From Eledone cirrhosa (Eukaryota): a DNA stretch of 64,000 nt. Where the stretch lies: contig OZ024741.1 of NCBI GenBank assembly GCA_964016885.1, positions 105,276,001-105,340,000 of the forward strand, in the 5' to 3' direction. Within the stretch, counting starts at the first letter, position 1; each line of letters opens with the position of its first letter. Below are positions 53,620 to 64,000 of this stretch, one piece after another. The notes under the pieces are model-generated. The model was not told the DNA's origin. It saw nothing but the letters and a program-made list of their open reading frames with translations, and did no database searches. The translations under genes and the position numbers were made by a program.

Positions 53620-54199
53620 TATATGCATATATATACATACACACATTATATATGTGTGTGTGCGTGTAACACTGAAATTAAATTCTTAGACATGATGCAA
53701 GCAAATACATATTTACATTAATGCTTTATTTCAAAAATATCACTATGGTAACTGACCTAACTCAATTATAAGACTACAAATCAACACCTGACATTGATGA
53801 CATCACAAAATGAATGGTAATGTCCCTTAGAAAACCCCAACAATTAGTAAAACAACTGGAATTAAGCCAAATTAAGGATTTGGGGAATGACCAACTATAA
53901 GAGACTAAAAGAACTTATGAGTGAAAAAAAAATGTGTTGGGATTGTCCTGAGAAATTAAATGTTAATTATTCCATTACAACTGTTTGTGTTACTGTTAAT
54001 GTTGTTGTTGTTATTGTTATGGCTATACAAGCATAGTTGGTCAATATACATGTACAAGAGTAATCGTTTCTATTTTACTGTTGTTGCTTCAAAGGACTAA
54101 ATAACAAATGTGCTACTCCTTAAGAGTCAGTTCAATTCACATGACTCGTTCTTGTGGATGACCCACTCTGACCTGATTACAGTAAGTAGAAAGATGATT

Positions 54200-54560
54200 C
54201 AAGAAGCTAAGGTGCTAGATATTTCCATTGCTATTGTTTCAACAAAAAACCTATCAGAGAGTAACCTGTATTTTGATAACTAACAATCTTCAGTGTGTTG
54301 AACAATCGTGCCTGTGTCTAATACTGAATTCACCAAGATGCCACTTGAGAAAGTATCGTTGCATATCACCATCTCAGATGAGGGTTTACCATCTCGAAAC
54401 AGGACGACTGTGATACCATCTGGACTTACGTCATCCCCTCGTTTAAGCCTAACTGTTTTCATTTCAGCAAAAAGAGTTACAGCTAAGTTGGTAACATGTT
54501 GGCCTGTTAACTACAGAATGGATGTTTCACAGCCCGTTGCCAACATTTTATCCCAATATA
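54200..54560 (-). mobile_element. Highly decayed CRE-like LINE endonuclease fragment
   Basis: PDGITVVLFRDGKP..ICNDTF resembles RPDG.T..PW..GK...WD..C.DT. Confidence 0.5.
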
Positions 54561-54837
54561 ATGTTATTTAAAAAGTACAGCCAGCTTGTCTGTAAAAGAT
54601 TATCATTGCTTCCAATAGACAAGACTTGAAATACATTGTATTTCCTATATAAGACATGATATTCCTCTACTAGAGTTGTCCTAATTATTAATGAGGACAA
54701 TTTAACAGTTTTCTCTGTAGCAGACAATCTGGTAAGAAACAGTAAAGACATATTTGTTATAATTGACAATAACTAATACTATTCAAAACTAGACTTCAGT
54801 CTTAAATTTCGTTATATTTAATTTTTCATTGAAGAAT

Positions 54838-55072
54838 GAAAATAGAAGAACAGTAACCATAGTAACAGTGGAAATAGAAGAGCAGTTACCATAGTAACAG
54901 TGAAAATAAAGAGCAGTTACCCTAGTAACAGAGAAAATAAAGGAACAGTTACCATAGAAACAGTAAAATTAGATGGAGCTATTACCATAACAGTGAAAAT
55001 CGAGTGACGGTTATCACATTAATAAAGGGCAGTTACCATAGTAACAGTGAGAATAGAGGGGCAGTTACCATA
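54838..55072. repeat. ~29-bp minisatellite
   Basis: aaatagaagagcagttaccatagtaacagtg, about 8 degenerate copies. Confidence 0.85.
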
Positions 55073-55667
55073 GCCAGTTGTTGCAGTTTTATTTTGAATA
55101 GCATTTATACTAACAAAGTAAAGGGACGTAACTACCGGGCACACGGTTGTTATGAAAACACAAAATAATGGTACAATATAATAATTATGCATTTGAACAG
55201 GCATGGGTGAATCATTATGAAGTTTGCTTCACAATCATGAGTTCTCAACTTCAATCTCACTGTGTGACAAACTGGGCAAGGGTCATTAAATCTTTAGGAT
55301 GTATTTGTGGATTACAAGACTACAACACAGAGAATGGTTTCCAACATATTCCGCACAATAATTTTTTCTCCAGTGTGTATTAATCTGTAAATTACAAGTG
55401 TCAACTTACTTCACACTATGATTACCCCAAAGATTTCACATTCATATAGTTTTTGCTCCAGTGTGTATTTATTTGTCAACTACAAATAAGGATTTCCCAA
55501 ATATTTTAGTGAAAGGGTTTCTCTCAAACAAGAGCACATTTGGAGACTACAAGATGAGAATTCGAAGAGAATTATTTCCAACATATTTCACCATAATAAA
55601 TGTTCTTCAATGTGTACATATTGGTGGACAATAAGTTTATATGAGCAAGAGATTTCTTATTTCACAG

Positions 55668-57075
<1,408 letters not shown>

Positions 57076-59419
57076 ATTAATTCTTGGGCAATTCTTAAAA
57101 GCTGAGAAATGTCTGTGAGTATAATATATTATAGTTCAGTTTATTTTTTTGTGTTGGATATACTGGAACTGTGTTTGGATGATATAATGAGATGAAATGA
57201 AGTATAATATATTGTAGTTCAGTTCCTTATCTTGGATATCATGTTCTGTGTTTACATGATATAATTTGATTAGATAAAGTATAATTTAATTTTCTTGTCT
57301 TAGATATAATGTGACTGTAGAAAATATGTAGATATGTTTTCTACTTGCAATGAAAATACTTGTCCTGAAGTGTGTCTCCTCTGTGTGATATATATATTGT
57401 TGTGACAAGTGGAGAGATGCTGAATAGGACCCGTCCCACCCTTGCAAGCAGGGAAAAGTGGACGTAAAATGATGATGATGATGAAAAAACTTGTATTTCA
57501 ACATTAAGAAATGTAGATATGTTTACTAGATGACATAGGCTAATACAATATATAGAGCAACGATAAATGACTGACAGCAGACGTTCTGGTGAAATTTCTG
57601 TTCATCTATGGAATATTCAGCACAACTGTAAAATAAGAAAGGATATCACGGTGTAAGACTGGTGTATGAGAAAGAAAATGTGGGAGAGAGGGGTACTAGT
57701 AAACCAAAATTGTTCACAATGGATAGTATGATAATTGACATGTTATGTGATGGTATAAAGTATTTCAGATCTGAAGGTCAACTAAAAAGTGAAGGGTCAG
57801 AAGAGCTAATCACTCATTGAACTCTATTTCTTCTCTCCTGTAAAATGGAGAACAACCAATTCATGATGTAGAGTAGTTTGCAACAAAATGAATTATGTGT
57901 CATATGAATTGTTGTATCTGTTCTATTTCTTATTTGTTGCTGTATTTGCTCTGTTTGTGCCCTAGATCTAATATGCTGTCTGTTTCTATTGTACAGATGT
58001 TGTTGTGAGTAAACAATTGATGCAAGACTTGACAGTTTTGTCACAAATGTGTCACTCTTTACTCTCATGTGATATCTCTCCTGTCATAAAATCTAGCTTA
58101 ATAATCTCCTGTTCTAGAACATGTTTTCATCATCATCACCATCATCACTGTTTAATTTTCCATGCTTGCATGGGTTAGATGGCTGTCACATGCTGAAGCC
58201 AAACTGGTTAGATGACTAGGTCCTGCTCATACACTTTGTTTTGGCTTGGTTCCTATGGCTGGAAGCCCTTAGTAAGGAAACCATTTTACAGCATATATTG
58301 GGAGCATGTTTTCTGCACTTCCTATCACCAAGCACTTTACAGAGTATAGTGGGAGCATTTTATTCTGACTCTGACATTACCACCTTACAGAGTGGATTGG
58401 GTGCCTCCTGTAGTGGCACCAGCACTATCACCTAACCCTAACCTTATTTCATAAAAATCACCTTATTTTATGCAAATCACCATAAGGAGCCAGAGTATAT
58501 ATTCTCACCAGAAAATTCTTTGGTAATTCTGATGGCAGCTGCTTCATTTAAAAAAGTGTCAGTTTTTCTTTGGGTTTTATATAGCATTGTATATCGTTCA
58601 AAACAAAGTCAAATGAGCATTTTACAACATTTTATTTTTTAAAGATCATATCCACAATTTTTACTAAGGCATCAACACCACATTGAAATAGGAAATGTAT
58701 CCTCATCTGTTCTTCAGTAACATTCCCAATCTTCATTTTTACATCTGAACCAATATTGGCTCATCAAAGTTCAAATATTTCACCAACATTGTTGTATTAT
58801 TTTATTTATCAAATTAGGGAACATGAGATCAGTAGAATAGAAACAGAATATTAAATCTAGAAACAATATTAAATCTAGAGCACAAACAATAAAACAGAGC
58901 AAATATAACAACTAAGAAATAGAACAGATACAATAAATATCAATCAATTTATATGACACTATTTAACTGTGCAAGTGATGAAACAGTGAGCCTGAAACAT
59001 GTAGGTCGCCCTGTGTTGGATTCACCTTAACATGAAACCAGATTTGTGGACAACTAAGTCAAACAACCTGATAATATATGTAAAAATATTACAGTAACCT
59101 AAAGTAAAAACCTTATAAAAGCAAGATTTATTAAACAAATCTAAAATTTTACATATATATATACAATATATAGAGGGGAAAGACACAGAAGAGTGTGTTT
59201 TTCTTTACAGGAATTTCAAACCACCAGTGTGAAGAGAATATATATATATATATATATATATATCCATGTGGTTGACAGCCAAGAGAAAAAAAGTAATGAG
59301 TACCAAAGGAGAGATTAAATATTCATTTTATTAAGGCTAAATAGTGAGTCTTGTTACTCTGGAGTTTTGCCTGTTATCAGGGTCATCCCACAGCTGATTA
59401 GGGACCAAGTTAACCTAAG

Positions 59420-61050
59420 AGAAGTACCTAGCTAAAAGTAAACCCCTCTACTTAGCTTTTGTTGATCTGGAGAAAGCCTTTGACAGAGCTCCCGTTCCAT
59501 TATCTAGTGGGCTTTTAGAAAACTAGGAGTAGATGAGTGGCTTGTAAAGGCTGTACAAGCCATGTATAGAGGAATAGTCAACAAGGTTAGAATTAACAGT
59601 GACTATAGTGTGCAGGTAGGTATCCATCAGGGCTCCATCCTTAGTCCATTCCTATTTATTATCGCCCAGCAGGCTATAACAGAAGAGTTTAAGACTGGCT
59701 GCCCATGGGAACTTCTGGATGCAAATGATCTAACCTTTATAGCTGAATATATGGCAGAATTAGAGAAGAAATTCCAAACCTGGAAGCATGGCCTAAAATC
59801 AAAAGGTCTTAAAGTTAACTTGTCAAAGACTAAAGTCCTAGTATGTAGAAAGGAAAACAGGGCCCAGATTCCCTCAGTGAAATGGCCCTGTTCAGCGTGC
59901 AGAAAATGAATATGTAGAAATTTCATCCTATGTCCCAAATGCAAACTATGGGTACACAAAATATGTAGTGATATCACAGGAAGGCTATCAAAGAATGTAG
60001 GTTTTATGCATCTGATGCATGAGCCCTCAGCATACTAGCTCCTTCAAATGCCCAGGGGGCTCTGTAGAAATAGTCGACAGTTTCTATTACCTAGGTGTCC
60101 AAATTAGCAGTGGAGGTGGGTGTTCTGAAAGTACAGTAGCCAGAGTAAAAACAGGATGGAGAAAGTTCAGGGAGCTACTACCACAGCTAGCTCCAAAAGA
60201 CTTTTCCTTCAAAATGAAGAGTACATTGTATTATGCATGTATACAAACAGCAATGTTGCATGATAGTGAGACCTGGGCACTGTGTGCAGAGGAGTTGCAA
60301 AGATTGGAAAGAAATGAAGCCTGCATGCTCCAATGACAAAGTGTAAATGAACTGAGAGAGAAACTAGGCATATGTGGGATCAGATGCAGTGCACAGGAGA
60401 GGAGATTGCATTGGTATGGATATGTGATGCATATGAAGGATGACAGCTGTATAAAAAGGTGTAGAGCACTCAAAGTTGATGGAAGCTATGGAGTAGGAAG
60501 ACCCAGGAAGGCCTGGGATGAGGTGATAAAAGCTGACCTTGCACAATTGCATCTCTCAAAGACAATGACACAGGATCGAGATCTTTCGTGTTATTCAGTA
60601 ATACAGAAGATCCGCCTTCCATTGTGCACGGTCTCACACATACACCCAGTAGGTACCTCTTAATCCACTATACCCCCTTCCATACACCTCCCACGTCCTA
60701 ACACCCCACCCATGTCCTTACATTCCACTCCTCACACACGTCCTTATATCTCCCCCCCCCCCAATCCCCACACATCTCCTTCACCAAAGTTCCCAGCCCA
60801 CACTGTAAAGTGGTTGTGTTGATATCACGACAAAAAACACCCAGCTCACACTGTAAAATGATCGTGTAGGTGTTACGACAAAAAGCACCCATCACACACT
60901 GTAAATGAGGTTGAAGTTAGAGTATCCAGTCGTAGAAACCAAGCTAGTTCTGTATGAGCAAAACACGGTCACCTGACCCGACTTGCTTCGAATGGGACAA
61001 CCCGCCTAACCCATGCTAGCGTGGAAAATAGACGTTAAACGATGATGATG
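59420..61050 (+). mobile_element. 5'-truncated RTE-clade LINE, degenerate
   Basis: AFVDLEKAFD, GIHQGSILSPFLF, decayed YADD (DAND), F.YLG, WYGYV, GRPRKAW; (GAT)n tail. Confidence 0.88.
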
Positions 61051-61379
61051 ATATATATATCATAAAATATAAAGATATAGTACTGAAATATTTCCAAAGG
61101 GCATATGTCTTTAAAAAATGTTTTCCATAAGTTTTAGTACCGAATCCTTTCCTAAATACCACGGACGACACTCAACTTGAGATAATTACTACACATAAGA
61201 TAATCAGATGAGATGAAGTATAGTATAGTTCAGTTCCAATTAGTGGCAAGTACAATAAATAACATTACGAATTATTTATAATTCTTATAGAATGAAAATA
61301 ATATATACAATACTTAATTACATAAATATTTCATCTAAAAATATAAAATCAAAACGAAAGAAAATATTAATTCAACACT

Positions 61380-62080
61380 AAGTGTATCAAGCGATCACAC
61401 ACCACAAGGCCTTGTAAGAGGCACGGGAACCTCTTTCTACTACTTTTTGAGGCAAGCCAACACACTGGCAGCAACACCGCGGGTGATAGTATGGCTAAGG
61501 TGCTGGAATTACCAAATACCCTGACAGGCATTACCTGATACCTCGGCAAGGTGAGCCGCCAACGATGACACGAAATTTGTTGTCGGTGGTCCTGCTCTCC
61601 AAAACATGTTGAACGCCACAGGCAGGGTAAATAGTTTGCTGATAATTCCTGGTATTTAAAAATATTGTTGTTTGGATATGGAAGCAATGACCCTTACATT
61701 TACCGCAGAATGTGGGAAGTAACTAGAGTCACTGACTGGGGCGTCCCAAATGAGACATCTACTTCTTACCCAGGGGCAAAGGGTTAAACAATCTGGTCTC
61801 TTCTCATCAACCCTGGACAATCCACCCGGCTCCAGAGTTGAGGGGAATATTTACCCGAGCCAATGCCCACTTAATAATTAAGTTTAGCTCGGTATGACGA
61901 AAAAAGTGACCTGCATTCAAGCAGCAAGGCAAACCATGAAGACCTGTGGAATTAAGGGGCCTACCACAGTGACATTTCAGTTTCCCACATACAGGCTCCC
62001 ACTCTGAGTGTAATGGAGATGCGGAGCTCATCCAGACTATCCTACACTGTATCAGAAACTTACAAACCTAGCTCCCTCCG
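61380..62080 (-). mobile_element. CRE-like non-LTR retrotransposon 3' fragment
   Basis: CHCG..GLHGLPC zinc knuckle, RHTELN, KRPDCLTLCPW..CLIWDA. Confidence 0.78.
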
Positions 62081-63229
62081 CTGTAGTAGAGCCTTAGCCA
62101 TCTCCCCTGTTGGAACTAATCCAACTAATCCATGTTGGAAGAAAGAGGGTTACCCACCAGAGGGAAGCAAGCCTGGGTGGAGGAAAGAAAGCAGGGAAGA
62201 GACAGGGACAATCATTTACACGGGATTGTGTATATCTGGAAAATATGTTATGGAGATATGTTTTCTACTTACAACTAAATACTTGTTGTTAAGTATGTCT
62301 TCTTCGTGTGACATAGATATTGTTCCAGATAAAATGACTTGTATTTCAACATTAGATGATAATTACACATATAATTAGATTAGATGAAGTTATAAAGATA
62401 ATTAGTTAACAGTATCATCAACAACGTTTCTACTTCACTGAACAATACCGGTGACATAAATTAAAAGTCCCTAAAATAATTTAATACATGCAGAAACATA
62501 TTCAATTATATCGATTTACTGATTTAATTGTATCCAACACATGGTAAAGCAAAATGTATCCACCAACAAAATAACTGTTACATATCAAGGAAACTTGTAG
62601 GTGATCACTGGATTCGTTAAAAACAATAGCCAAACTGTACTTAAATCACAACCCGGCGGAAACGTTCGACATTATAAATCTAATTGTACAAAAATAAAAC
62701 GGATGGTCACAGCTGGAATGCACTAGATCAAACAACAATAACTGCCGTATAAAAATTGACGTGACTGTGGTAACAAAAATTTTAATCTTAGGACAATAAC
62801 GAAATGTTGGTGTAAGATGTATTAAAAATTCGATAATATTGTATTTCTTACATGATTAATAAAATAGATTTAAATGTAATAGTACAAGCTAAGAGTGTCT
62901 AAAACAATATAGTAAGCTAGGAGTTTCTAAAGCTATATGATAAGCTAGGAGATTCTTAAGAAAACAAAAACTTATTTTTTGTTACTGGTGTTATTTAAGC
63001 GGAGAAATTGTTACTGACACCAGAAGTTAACTGTCAAGTATTCCAAAAGGGCAATGTAATGATCATATTAAGTAGATTTATATTTCTTAAAGTCGAGTAT
63101 GTTAAATAAACATTAAATAATTTATAATTTTAGTAGATTATAAAATTTATCAATCACATTCGGAATACTAACACGATTCTTCGTTAAGCGTATCTACTAA
63201 GGGGAGATCACTCTATATTAACATCGTTT

Positions 63230-63320
63230 TCTAATTTAGACGCAAAGCCAGTAATTTGGAGGAGGGGTAGTCGATTAAATTGATCCACTACTTCACCGGT
63301 ACTTTATTCTATCGACCCCA
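63230..63320 (-). mobile_element. SINE 3' fragment
   Basis: ggtactttattctatcgacccc core. Confidence 0.55.
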
Positions 63321-64000
63321 ATCAAAACTATCATCTTACCTGAAGAATTATTAATTAAATAAACGAAGCAATATGACCAATGACACTAAAACCAAGCCAT
63401 GTCACTTTCCACGATGAACCCGCTGAAAAATTGTTCCACTGGACGTAGAGACAAGTTGGACAGCTGTATATCACCTTGAAATCAATCGAGATAGACACGG
63501 ACCTCACGGTAGTGGATCTGCATACTGCAATCTTCTACTGAGGACTCTGCAGTTCGATATTTGTCGACGTTTATCCTCTGCTTCAAGGCAGCAGATGATT
63601 CGAGAAAATGAAATAATCAATAAGCTGGACTTACCTGATAGATCAGAGCTGTATAATTTTAAAAGACCTCAATTTGATTTAAAAGGCCATAAAGCGAACT
63701 TGGAAATAAACCCAACTATGGGGCTGATTTGTCAATTGAAATCAGATATATGAAATATAAGTAAGGCTATAATATTCAAAGTACCGCATTTCGAAAACAA
63801 AAAAATAACAACTTTTATACAATTTGACTACTATTCCTTGATTTCACTAATTCTGCTCAACAAAGTTCTAATATTCACAATGGAAGTGTCTGCCTTAACT
63901 AGGGAAGAGATTAATATAATTCTAGTGGCTAGAAAGTCTATTACTGAATTTTATAGAAGTTATTGACACGGGTCAATGGGGTAAATAACTTCGATATTAC

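Noticed and set aside
54838-55072. Regular ~29-bp repeats as a CRISPR-like array
   Set aside because: Head-to-tail minisatellite without unique spacers, in a eukaryotic context.
58970-59010. GUGAUGA...GAAACAUGUA hammerhead-like string
   Set aside because: C3 is missing and stems I and II do not pair convincingly.

Overview
AT-rich, microsatellite-saturated animal genomic DNA, most likely a coleoid cephalopod such as Octopus. That assignment is inferred from the SINE types, the C2H2 zinc-finger array and the repeat landscape. Host genes: the 3' coding exons of a CRF-binding protein (CRHBP-like) gene on + (32583-52722) and a frameshifted C2H2 zinc-finger gene on - (about 55.3-57.1 kb). Most of the rest is transposon debris: at least four Penelope-like retroelements (PLEs, RT + GIY-YIG), including a 7.7-kb fold-back, plus Helitrons, R4/Dong-, CRE- and RTE-type LINEs, tRNA-SINEs, Tc1/mariner and hAT remnants. 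The most striking signal is a dense population of hammerhead-ribozyme (HHR) motifs with mostly unrelated stems, inside small non-coding inserts in (TA)n tracts. Many of these inserts share one architecture: two divergent arms whose 3' ends face outward into (TA)n. Two unrelated inserts (478-nt and 535-nt monomers) also carry a ~30-nt terminal direct repeat, the footprint expected from reverse transcription around a circular, ribozyme-processed RNA (retrozyme-like minicircles, probably PLE-mobilised). Most ORFs in the supplied track are microsatellite or antisense artefacts. All alignments and folds were done by eye.
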